Shown here: positions 25,401 to 37,794 of the stretch, piece by piece | How positions within the stretch are numbered: position 1 is the first letter of the stretch | Layout: each line of letters starts with the position of its first letter | From: Antedon mediterranea | Lineage: Eukaryota; Animalia; Echinodermata | Assembly: GCF_964355755.1 (NCBI RefSeq) | Contig: NC_092672.1 | Location: 15,810,001-15,874,000, forward strand | Reading direction: 5' to 3' | Length of the DNA stretch: 64,000 nucleotides | The notes under the pieces: model-generated | Told to the model about the DNA's origin: nothing | What the model saw: only the letters and a program-made list of their open reading frames with translations | Database searches by the model: none | Position numbers and translations under genes: made by a program

Positions 25401-26520
25401 GACAACAATTTCACCTGTGTACTCCTATCGATCACCAAGATGTCTATAAAATTAAAATATGTCTAGGTCAATAGTTCAAAGGTCAAAATAGAAGGTTTCT
25501 AAAGGAATTTGGTATTTTTCTTTCATTAAAGTGAATAGAAAGTTGGGCATTATGAATAATTTGGGACAACTTTGAAGTCTCTACGGCCAGTCGTTGATGA
25601 GATATTGAGATAATCCAAATTTAGGGTCAAAGGTCAAAACAGGCATTTCTGACCATTTTTTGTTAAACTTTTTCATTACAGTGAATATAAATATGGGTCT
25701 TCTGAGTATTTTGACACCAAGATTGTTTACTTACACCTACTGGTTGTCAGCATATAGTAAATAATTTTAAGATGGCCGCCATTTTGAAAAATGGCCCAAT
25801 CGGGTTAAAGCACAACGGGGAAACCCGGGGACTTTTAGTATGTTGTTTCAGAAAACATTAGGGACCTATCCTGAAAAATTCAGCTTTAGCATATTTATTT
25901 CTACCTCAAAGTCTAATACTCCTGGACTAATTGCACACATTTGACGTTTTCTTTTGATATGCTCCACATCCTCTATCATTCATGGTTTTATCTCCTCTCG
26001 TCTTGATTATTGCAATTCTCTGTTCTATGCCCTTCCGAATTTTCAAATTAATCGTCTTCAACGACTACAGAACTCGGCTGCTCGTATCATTACGTTCACT
26101 AACCGTCGCTCTCACATTTCACATGTTCTTCGAGAACTTCACTGGCTCCCCATTGACAATCGAATCAAATTTAAAATCTTGCTCCTTACTTTTAAAGCAC
26201 TTCTTTTCAACCAACCTGTTTACATCCGTCAATTAATCACCTTTTATGTTCCTGGACGGATTCTTAGATCATCTGATGATTTTTTACTCTCTGTTCCACG
26301 CATAGCCACTAAAACCTTTGGTCATAGATCGTTTTCTTTTGCAGCACCCACACTCTGGAATTCACTCCCCCCACAAATTAAACACTGCTCTTCTGTTGCC
26401 TTATTTAAAAAATTGCTCAAAACTCATTTTTTCAACCACTAACATGCCCAGCGCCTCTGATTTTGTACCTCGGTCTTTGAATTGACGCTTTATAAATTTT
26501 GATGTAATAATAATAATAAT
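22422..26520 (+). mobile_element. L2-clade LINE 3' fragment (22422-22730 and 25930-26520), split by the Academ element
   Basis: WLSTNLLKLNDNKSE; SRLDYCNSL; RLQRLQNSAAR; LHWLPI; APTLWNSLP; FKKLLKTHFF; (TAA)n tail. Confidence 0.9.
22731..25929. mobile_element. Non-autonomous Academ-like foldback element
   Basis: TAGTCCAGGAGTATTAGAC...GTCTAATACTCCTGGACTA; 3-bp TSD ATT; inverted arms of about 1 kb built from ~305-bp subrepeats; splits an L2 reading frame (LRNI|AHI). Confidence 0.85.
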
Positions 26521-28572
26521 ATTTATAACTATGCATACATAGCGCCCTCATTTGTTATTCGCCCTCTATAGATGCGACAAACGACTTTATGCGATTGGTC
26601 AATACTTACAGTAGTAACCTGGTACGAGCGGTCATACGGTGATGATTCGGTTCGAAGAACACAAATTATTATTTATTCGGCCTACCTAATACTAATAGGC
26701 TATAATATTATTATTATTATTAATGTAGGCTTATTGATGGAACTTCGGTTAATTTACAAAACCTAGGCCTAAGTGAATATTTTATTGCCAAGGAATCATT
26801 AATTAATAATTATCTGTATATTATTCTTCGCAAGGTAAGGTGAACTAACTAAGCAGGCTTATTTACAAGGAGGACTAGCTACCCGATCCAGCAGATATTC
26901 TACTTATCTTATATCTGTTATATTATAATATAACAGATATCGCCTTTTATACCCTCGGGAATTATATTTTGCTTTTGTGAATATGTATTTCCCTCAGCTA
27001 GCACTCTGGAAATATATATATTTTCTTGAGCAAAATATCATTCCCTCGAGGATGTCAAATCTCGCCTCTAAACAGGCAATATATTAGTGCTAAAAAAATG
27101 TTAGTTTCTCAATAACGGGCAATTTTTATTCAAATTAAATTATTGGTATAATGCCATTGTAACTCAATCAAAGATGAGCTTTCTGATTATTTTATTGGTG
27201 AACGTGGAACATTTTATTTCGCACATGATCTCTCTGGACTGACCCAGGGGCGGATTCAAAGGTGGGTGGGGATTGGCGCAGCTACACAGCTGTGTGTAAC
27301 TATCGACTTAACCACCACATTTAATTGTCGTAAATGTTGGAAATTACTCCAGTATATAGGCTATACGGTACACATTGAACGTTCTTGGGGTAAATTTCAG
27401 ATCAAACAGCATAATTAACTAAGTGTAGACCATTTTCACTCGGGAGAAATTATACGATATTATCGCAATGGTCAATGTTTATTGTAATACTTTAATATAC
27501 CATTTTCGGAACATTTGTTTTTACATCTCATGTACCACTGTGTACGCACGCAACAGTGTTTGTGTTCATTGTACGAACACACAAGCTGTAACTATCGTAC
27601 AATTTCATTTGCAGGTGGTGTAATCTTATAATTAATTATAACTAATTTAAAAGTCACTTTAACAACTTTGCTGGTGATTTAAATATGTGGAAGGTACGCT
27701 AGATAGAAATGTACCAAAGAAATTTAATAAGCTTGTTACCAACATAGCTATACGGTAGTCGAAAACAATAGTAGTGTGCTGAAGCAGCAATCTTTTCCGC
27801 AACGCAAAGCAGAACCGCTACTACTGTGTATGGCCTACCTTACAATTAGCCTAGTTTAGTAATTAATAAAAGGTGAGAGTATAATTCGCCCTACAAATGT
27901 CGCCAGGTGGGTAAATTATTGTGAAATAAATATTTTACCTTACTAATTTAAGGCGCCTATGGACTGGATATTGAGCACTCATTACAACAAATCTCAAAGG
28001 GGGCGTTTATTAGTGGCGGGTGTTTATTAGAAATAATATGGTATGTTGTTTATGCGTGATTTAAAGAAATCACATTTTCACAACAAGCTACTGTATCACA
28101 ATTAAACCAATAGGCCTACTAAAGCAAACTCAATTTAAGGCTCGGCATGAGTGTGGGCCATGATCACGATATATTGGGCAAGTTAGACAAGGCTAGTGAG
28201 TAGGCGTAGCATTTTTGACAAATCTTTTCGCATAACTCAAAATATTTATGCCAGTCCCATTAGATTTGACTTGGGCAGAGTTGACTATAATTATACATTT
28301 CATAAAATATTTGTAAATTAAAAAGAAATGTTCTTTTATTATTGTTATTTTGTTTTGAACTAAATGTTAACTACAGTAATTGAATTGAATTGTTTTTCAT
28401 TTCCTGCAGATATGAAAAAGTCTTTAAATTTACACATACGGTACCTGGTTTTATGACAAGAATATTATGTGAAAAGTATTAGCAATGGATGTCTTATCCA
28501 ATTGCAAAATACTGTACTGTATGTTTATTAATTTTAAAATTGAATAATACAGAAATTATTATTGTAAATATA

Positions 28573-28654
28573 TTATTTTTGAAGAATAAATTGGTCTATG
28601 CAATCAATTTGTTCATCCTCTTCTTTCTGCAATGCAGCATATTGCATTCTGTAC
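28573..28654 (-). CDS. IFT20: IFT20 last coding exon (YRMQYAALQKEEDEQIDCIDQFILQK*)
   Basis: tttttttag acceptor; the first base completes the AGG codon split by the phase-2 intron. Matches the IFT20 C-terminus [26 protein letters not shown]; TAA stop. Candidate AATAAA on the minus strand at about 28335-28340. Confidence 0.92.
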
Positions 28655-29188
28655 CTAAAAAAAACAAACAATTATTACAATTAAGTCAGGGAGGTTTTAA
28701 CCTACAATTTCTATCATTATCTATTGACAATCAGTTCTATGAGCTTGAATCAATGGAACTAAATCTTTCACTGGGGTTGGTTACCTTTGCTATTTAAAAT
28801 CAGAAGGGGGGGGGGGGGGATGATTGCTGGGGCTATAGGTATTAAAAAAAATATTCATATCACCTTAGTCAAAATATGTTGAACAAATTAAGTAGGTCAA
28901 GTGTTATAACGTTCGTAACAGCTAGTTACTTATTCGCCGTAGAGGGCATAGATGCAAAAATGTTTGTTGAACTAGGGTGGCATATGGTGAAGTAGGTAAT
29001 CAATTCATCCATCCATGCATAAAATTTTATTGAACTTTGACCGGAAGAAGTAGCGGAGGTCAAGAGTAACATGTTGATACAATAACAACTCAATTAGACA
29101 AAAAATGCTATTGAGAGTGAGTATTTACACAAATTTGTCATGTATTTTTAACAGATAGCCCTTGTGATTATCAAAGATCATCATCATC

Positions 29189-30331
29189 ATCTTCTTTTTA
29201 GTTATCCGCACTCAGCGCAGAGAGCATGAAAATCATGTTTTTTTCTCTTGAATTTTAATTCATTTCAAATTAAAATCACGTCATATGAATACGTTGATTT
29301 AGACCATTTCCGTGCGTTTTAGTTGCAAACAAAATATCGTCAAAATTATGCGTATTTTTAACCTATTATGAAAGGTGAGTCCCGTGTTCATTCTGAACAT
29401 AGGGGAATGAGCTGTTAGGAGCTTATTGTACTAAGCCTCGGCATTATGTGGTAGGGTGGCCAGTTCTTTTCCACACCGCCTTTTTCTTCCCTAGTATTGT
29501 CAACTACCGGTAGGTACTCATTTACAGCTGAGTGGACTGGGAGTTGTCGGGAATTGAACCCGCGTCTATCTGTATGACAGTCAAGTGTCCTAACCACTTG
29601 GCTATCCAACTCCAACCCTATTATAGTGACCCCCAATTTTTTATTTCATATGTAAGCAGATATGTTAGAGATATGAATTCATACAGAATCTTTATCTCTC
29701 GAATGTTGTGACGTCATTGTATGCCACACGAATGTAAAATATAAGATTTTTGTATCTTTCATCTTCTTTTTAGTTATCCGCACTCAGCGCAGAGAGCATG
29801 AAAATCATGTTTTTTTCTCTTGAATTTTAATTCATTTCAAATTAAAATCACGTCATATGAATACGTTGATTTAGACCATTTCCGTGCGTTTTAGTTGCAA
29901 ACAAAATATCGTCAAAATTATGCGTATTTTTAACCTATTATGAAAGGTGAGTCCCGTGTTCATTCTGAACATAGGGGAATGAGCTGTTAGGAGCTTATTG
30001 TACTAAGCCTCGGCATTATGTGGTAGGGTGGCCAGTTCTTTTCCACACCGCCTTTTTCTTCCCTAGTATTGTCAACTACCGGTAGGTACTCATTTACAGC
30101 TGAGTGGACTGGGAGTTGTCGGGAATTGAACCCGCGTCTATCTGTATGACAGTCAAGTGTCCTAACCACTTGGCTATCCAACTCCAACCCTATTATAGTG
30201 ACCCCCAATTTTTTATTTCATATGTAAGCAGATATGTTAGAGATATGAATTCATACAGAATCTTTATCTCTCGAATGTTGTGACGTCATTGTATGCCACA
30301 CGAATGTAAAATATAAGATTTTTGTATCTTT
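29189..30331 (+). repeat. Exact 572-bp tandem duplication
   Basis: Two apparently identical copies; ORFs 29415 and 29987 are identical and offset by 572 bp. Confidence 0.95.
29370..29613 (-). mobile_element. tRNA-derived SINE (duplicated at 29942-30185)
   Basis: A box TAGCCAAGTGG, B box GGTTCAATTCCC, body CCACTCAGCTGTAAATGAGTACC, flanked by CCTATTAT direct repeats. Confidence 0.75.
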
Positions 30332-31559
30332 CGTCATAGTTCATCACATTTAATAAAGCGCATCTCCACTTATCCGTTTTCCATTTTCACCCCGATTTTG
30401 ATATTGTCTAGGTCAATCAACTATCTTTCGCATAAGTTAAAAATATTTAAATTTTTATGAAGTCATCATGTCTAAAAAATATAAATAAAGTGGATCACTT
30501 ATTTTCATCTTTACAGTAAATTTCAATCTGTTATAGCTCGTCAGAATAAATAGTGATAATCATGATTAAAACATTTTCTGGAAGCTATTGGATTGTAGAT
30601 ACAAATTCATGTGAAAATTTTGCCAATCGGATGTTGTGACGTCATCATATGGCCAGTTGAATAAAAAAAATTGTATTTTCATCCTTTGCGTCATAGTTCA
30701 CCACATTTGAAAGAGCGCACATCTGTATTTTACGTATTCAAATTTCTTCTACACGATAATATGTTGTTGCTGAGATAATTTCCTCCGAAATTGCTATCTT
30801 AGTGTTTCATTTTGATACCGTCGCCATGTTAAAAATAGGAATAAATGGCGGGTACAGTAATTTCACCTATTCTACACTGTATGTAATATGTATACAGATT
30901 ATACTGTTACTGTATATACTATATGACACAAAATTGACAGAATTCAGCACTAACAACATATTTTATTCAGTTCAGGTCCTAATGCTATAATCTTTTTCTG
31001 TGTGCAATATTCCAACGTATATGCACGTAGCGTTTGTGGTGCGGATAACTACAGTAACTCGTCAAAGTGACGAGTTCAAACCTAGTTCTTCTTTCTTTCC
31101 CCAAATTTGGTGTCACGTGTATCTCTAATTCTTGACAACATAACATCTTATAACTTTGTCAAAATAATGACCTCTAACTGTAGATTTAGAAACTTTGTTA
31201 TATGACGCGAGAGTCGCTCAGAGTAAGTTTTTATGAAATTTTATGGTTGATCATATTCTAAAAAAAAATTAATTTTTCAATGAAGCTTTACGAAAGTGTA
31301 TTTCATAATATCGAGAAACTTTTGACATGATAAAAATAGCATGCTACGCTAACAATTACGCGAGTACGTGTATTTAAAATTTAAAAATCAATTTCATGTT
31401 AATTTCGGACCATTTTGAGAATTGTCAAAATTGTATGCGTTTTGCGCATGCACAGCTCGTACAAAAATAGGTTTTTGCAATTGATTTTTGTTTTGCACAC
31501 CTTTTGTAGTAGATTTCATTTATTTTGATAAACTTTAATTGCAAAATAACGACGCATGT

Positions 31560-34500
31560 GGGTGTTTCCATAAATTAAGGGGCCAGTGGGTATTTTAGTA
31601 TTGGTGATAGTTAGTTTGCTGTTTACTCTAAATTGGTAATAGTTATTTAAAAAATGATTTTATCATATGATAGAACAATAATATGGGTTAATACTATTAC
31701 ATGTTGGAAAAAAAAAATTGCAAAAAAAAACGATTTAAAAAAAAAATATATCGTGGTGTCTAGCTCATTTTATTAAAATATGTGTGACATTTAAATACAC
31801 TGACATATCAGAGTTTAAAAAATATACTACAGCAATAGTTATTTTGTATTTATTTATCATCACAATAGAGTACAAAGCAACGTTAAATATAAGCTAATTA
31901 CAATTTCCCACGATTTTTTGTTTTCCACACAACGGTCCGCGACGTCCAGCATCACAACGTAACATTTCGTGTCTCACTTTGTTACGTTGTTAGTACGATC
32001 TTTATTAGTGAACAGACACAAGAAGTACCACTATAATGACGAAAATCGAATTACATTCACTACAACAGATCACTGAAATTTACCTTACACAATGTTCTAC
32101 AAAATGGCGATTTTATTTAGTCAGTTACATACGAAAAACTATTTTTTTAGAACATTTCGTGTCTCGTACATTCGTTACGTAGTTATTCATAGACCATCGG
32201 TGGTGAACGCCGCGAGAGCTATTTCTGAAGTTGAAGGTCACGTGATTCAAGAAGCAGGCGAACTAAAGTCTCGGCGAAAAAATCATCGCTAGGATCCGCG
32301 CTAATTTCAAGTTACAGCGGTAGAGACTTTTCGTGTCCCTCTGTTACGTTGTTTCAACTGTTACGTTGTAAATAACTTCTACGCGCTTCATTGCATGTAA
32401 GTTTTGTGTATTTTTATTTTGTTAGTTTTTAGAATTTAGAAAATAGTGGGTTATAATGAAAAATACAAGAAAATTAAACGCCAAAACTATCTTCGTACTC
32501 TACGTCAACATCATAGTCAAAAACTGGGTGTCGTATACACAATGAGACACGGTTACGTTGGTAGTTTGTTGATACTATATAGTTGATATTTGTTTTAATG
32601 TGGTAGGAATGTTGTTTATCTCATAGCAGCTTCATAATGTATACCCAATGAACAGATATGTCTATAATTGATTAATATTTAACAAATTAATGAGCAAAAT
32701 TGCAAAACATTTTCCACTAGGCAGGTTACAGCGTAACATCGTAGAAGATACGCCGTGTCTTGTTACGTAGTGTACTAGACCTTATACTGGTGTAGTATTT
32801 TGCAAATAATTAGCAATTAGTTACCATAAAATCTTTAAATTTTACATTATGTGTTTGCTATTTGGTTATTGCTTCTATATGACACAGAAAAATAAAAAGT
32901 TATTTAATTATTGTCACAAGAAATAGTGATAAAAGTCCATAGTTTACAACCACTTTCAGAATAAAAACAAATTCGTCGTTTTTGACTATTCTATTTGTTA
33001 CAGTAGGAAAAAAAAGAATTGTATTTGGTTCATTTCAGTTATAATAAAAAACATATTACACAAAATAATGTGTAATATTAGTACATAATTTTGTTTATTT
33101 ATTTAACGTTGCTATTCGACAAGATAAAATATGAATTAAATGTTTACTATAATATACATTTAAAATACCCTCCACTATAGTGAGCGAGTCCAAGCAACTT
33201 GGTTGTCGCGTATGCGCGCCTATCATATTTGGGCGATTTCACTTGATGTGTAGGGAATATTTAACTTGTTTCAATTACAATCTACGGAAGATATACTAAG
33301 GTTTTATAAATTTAATAATAATTAATAACTTTATTTAAATTGATAAAAACAATTGTAATATAAACGCAAGGCTGTGGATAACAATTTATTATGAACGAAA
33401 TCAAATCAAAACAACAAAGAACAATAGGTTCTCCTAATAGTAATAGGATAGTATTACCACGTGCTTGGGCAATGAACTCTGCTCCACATTGCGATAAGTT
33501 TATTTTTAGCTGGCTCGGCGACTCCGAAGCTGAAAGGGGTGACTGGTATTTCTACAGGTCTGTACGATAATTATTAAGGGTTTTCCGAAATATCACGTGC
33601 TTGGCTAATGAGCTCTCCTCCACATTGAGATCGCGTTTATTTTTTAGCTGACTCGGCGACTCCGGCGGTATTTCTACAGCGAGAGTGTATATACTCCATG
33701 TACGATGATTATTAATAGGGTTTTCCGAAACACCACGTGCTTGGCTAATAAAATTCTCCTCCAAATTGAGATCGCGTTTTTTTTAGCTGTTCAATTTGAT
33801 GGACCTTTATTTTTTAATTTTTATTGAAAACCAACGTGATTGCTGGCTCGGCGACTCCCTCCCGGTGCTCAAATTGGGTGACTGGTATCATTTCGGTCAT
33901 GGTTCGGTGAACCTTTATTTTGTTGGCCAAAACCCACACGCTTGCTTCGTCGGCTCCCTACAAAGAGATCGCGCTTAGTTTAATGGGGAACCTTTATTTA
34001 CTCTTCGTTTTAAATATATTCCATAGACTTCAACATTATAACTAGTCTACTGTTTTCCCGATGTGGTTTAAAAACAATTATAAAAGAATGAGAAATAAAG
34101 TCAACAGACATTTTACAACATTTAAAAATAATACGTAAAAAACATTTATACCCAGTATAACTAAGACAAAATTATCAGTAACATATTAATTTTATTATAA
34201 TAATAAAATGATAATAATAAATATTTGATGAATAAAATTAATATTTTAAACTAATAATCTGAAAAGAAAGCAATAGTTTTAGTCAAATCAATTTATGAGC
34301 ATAACTCAAGAAAGACAAATATATACAGTGTTCATTTATTGTTTTATAATTAATAATAATAAATATTATAATCCATCAACATAAGATAAGAAAACACTTT
34401 CTTTAGTATAGTAGGCTTAACATATTTTATAATAATAATAGATATATTTATTCAGCCCACGAATTTCACGTCGGCAATCGGCAATTGCCGACCTTATTGC

Positions 34501-36512
34501 CGACCTTAAATTGTCAGAGGACGGCAAGAGATTGCCGACCTAGAAACTAGGCTAGATCCCTCCTTTCAAGCCTCCTAGCAACAACATGGTACTTTAAGGG
34601 ATCGTATCATTGAAATTTTAACAGGCATATTCACCACCATGTTGTGTTTAGTTAACAAACCATGGAATTAAGATGATCCCTGAATTCACTCAACCATTAC
34701 ATCATTTTGTGTGTGAGCTGCATGCTTTCCTATCAACCAAGCTGGCTGGGCACAGCGCTGGGCGCCACAGACCTGTGTAGGGGAATACCCTGTTATGCCA
34801 AGCAAGCAACTATGCTCTGTGTACGGCTAGCTCCAGAACCATGATGTTCAGCAATTATTATTAAATAGAATTTATCTTGTAGATTTTAGTGTTAGGTTTT
34901 TATATTTTATTTTTTGCTAGTTCTTTTTGCATAACATATAGCTAGGCAGGCTAGGCCTAGCTAGGCCTTTTATTAGGTTAGCAAGAGGTTTAGGCCTTGG
35001 GGTGAATTTTCTATTTTTAGAACTGCCGAGACTGCCGACCTTGGCGAATTTAAGGTCGGCAATTTTTTGCCGACCTTCTTTTTTCTGAATTTCGTGGGCT
35101 GTTTATTTTTATTTAAATTGGTATAATTTATATTAAAAATACTTAATTATATACTTTATATTTCTATATGATGATGAATCAAATTTAACCCAGATGGGCA
35201 AATCTAATGTTTCATTGTCATTTTTTTCATCTATACAGATCAGCAGTTTATCAACAATGTTACCGTTCCAATTGAGAACTGCATTTAACCCCAAAAATAG
35301 AGATGCCGCATCAACAAAAAGACCAACCAAAGAAACATCAGCCCACAGACGGTTCTCGAATATACAGTAATTTCAGCGTAAAAAAAAATTACATAACTGA
35401 AATTAAATTATTAAACAGGGTTACATCAGGTGGTTAAAATCAGCACTGAAAGTACGAACCAACTTTATATACCATTGAGTAAACATTTTAGAAGTAATGC
35501 GCGATTTACCAAATTTTTCCCTCACGTAAATTTATATAGATTATACGTTTTAATGATTGAACAAGAGTGTTAATGCGAAGTATATCCAAATGTATTCTCA
35601 ATGATTTTACTGTAAATGACTATTAATAGTATATTTTAGCAGTTTGTTGTGTGCAGTAGTAATTACAGTTGTCACACTTTAAAAATAATGTAGTAGTTCT
35701 TGTTGACTTATTTAAGTGAACTATTTGGTGTCTCTGTTACACGTGAAAACTTCAATTTTTTATTGCATGAATTATATTGTTTTATTGATTAAAAGATAGT
35801 ATTTGATATACTATTTTTACCAGTTTATCAATTGTATGCAGTAGTAACCACATTTGTTACACTTTAAAAATGGCTGCATATCAAAACCATTTCATAAAAC
35901 ATTGTGACGAGTTAAAGTGAACATTTGGTGTCTCCGTTACACGTGAAATCTTCCATTTATATTTCATGAACCATATTGTTTTATTTCCACATGGAGGTAT
36001 GATCCTGATTTGACTTGTTGCTAGTAAATGTATATACTTGAGGTATATTCTGTTCATTTCTGTATTGTTTACATGTAATTTTTAAACAGCAGTGACTTTA
36101 CAAATTTTTTATATAGAAATTAAGTCAACTTTAACGGCTTTGCATAATTATTTCATAAGCTATTTTTTAAATTTGAAAAGGTGTGATTTAAATAATATTT
36201 TTCTGCATTGAAGATGTTCCCAAAAGCTATTTAAAAATCCAATTTAAACAGTTTTAGGTTATTAATAATAACTTATAAGAGGGGTAGATAATGTGATTTT
36301 GGTGTCTCCGTTACACGTGAAATTTGCTATGCATGTTGATACTATATAAATGCTGTTACATAGAGACAACAGATTTAATGTGTAGTTTGCTTCTTTTTTT
36401 TAGTTCAAGTACATGATATACTATTTAGAATTGATTATTAGACTTAGAATGTCACACTTTGAAATTCTGACCCTAATGTCACACCTTGGCCCCTTTATTT
36501 ATGGAAACACCC
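31560..36512. mobile_element. MULE-like non-autonomous DNA transposon
   Basis: TIR GGGTGTTTCCATAAAT.AAGGGGCC; imperfect 9-bp TSD (gacgcatgt/tatgcatgt); recurrent GTGTCTC..GTTAC subterminal motifs. Confidence 0.7.
34453..35101. mobile_element. hAT-like MITE
   Basis: TIR CAGCCCACGAA..TCA; TTTATT on both sides; repeated TGCCGACCT subterminal motif. Confidence 0.75.
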
Positions 36513-37794
36513 TTATGCATGTTAAACTTTAGAAATCGTTTGCTAAAAATAGGTAATTTAATGCAAATTTGTGCAAAAATAGACTCCTCAGGGTGGCTGG
36601 TTAACTCCATTTTTTAAAATGTATTATAGAAGTTGATGAAATGCAGATATCAATTCATGTCAAATTTGTACCCTAAGGATGTAGTGACGTCACCATATGG
36701 CCATTCAAATTTTTAAAATAGAATTTTTTTTCACTTTTGTACTAGCAAATCACTCTAATGCGTTCCCCATTTTCTCCTAGATTTTAATATGTTCTTTCTC
36801 AGTCAAAAGAATAAATAAATAATCAATTCTCTTTGACATGAGTTTTTATTACGTCATCATATAAAAAAATTTGAATAACGTGACTTACTTAATTTCTTCT
36901 ATACATGTGTTATATGTTATGTTATAATGTAGCTCCTCAGAATAAAAAGATGCGCATGATTAAAATTTATTATGAAAGCTGTTGAATTGTAGATATGAAT
37001 TCCTATAAAAAGTTTGTCTGTCTGATGTCATGACGTCATCATATGGCCAGTTGAACATAAATAGTCAGATTTTTATCTCTTTCGTAAACATTCAGCGCAT
37101 TTAAAATAGCATACACCTCACTTTTTCGTGTATAAAATTTTTTAGATAATTATCTCTTAAAATTCCTATATTTATGTTACATTTTGATGACATTATCATG
37201 TTAAAAATTGGATTAAAAGATCGGTCTCGTAATTTCATCTATGCTACACAATATAACATGAATACTGTTATGCTTTATTACACAAAATTGGAAAAATTCA
37301 GCACTGTAAACATCAGGGTTCTCGCCACGGTGGTCGGTCCCGTCCACCACTCGGAATTTCCGACCACCACTTTCATGGCGCCGACCACCACTTTATTTAC
37401 ACATGTAGAAGATCGTAGCCTATTGTTATTATAATTATCTATGCGTCGATCATAGTGTGGTTCTTAGGGTTAATAAACACCATTGTCATCGCCTTTAGAA
37501 AAAGCATGGACAATGCAAATTAACAATGTACTGTTCACTAATTAAAATCGACAACGCCTTAAAATCCTACCTAGGCTAGGAGACGACATTTTTTAGCACT
37601 GGTTAGCCTAATTTAGCCGGACGAGATGACATCGTTGGCCGAATTGACATCGGAGTCGAGTCAAGTTTCGACGGCCTTTTACGCTAGGCCTATATTAATC
37701 CTACCTTGTTTTAGCGAATTATAAATACACCGACGTCAACATAAAAAAATACATGCAAAATCAATATATTCCTTGTAATGTAAGATTTAACAAA

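Noticed and set aside
28489-28797. 102-aa plus-strand ORF
   Set aside because: Low-complexity and antisense to the IFT20 last exon.
29540-29613. Possible tRNA gene on the minus strand
   Set aside because: Anticodon arm does not pair and the sequence continues into a SINE body with direct repeats.
33470-33870. Degenerate ~130-bp tandem repeat with short ORFs
   Set aside because: Internal repeat of non-autonomous TE cargo; no coding signature.
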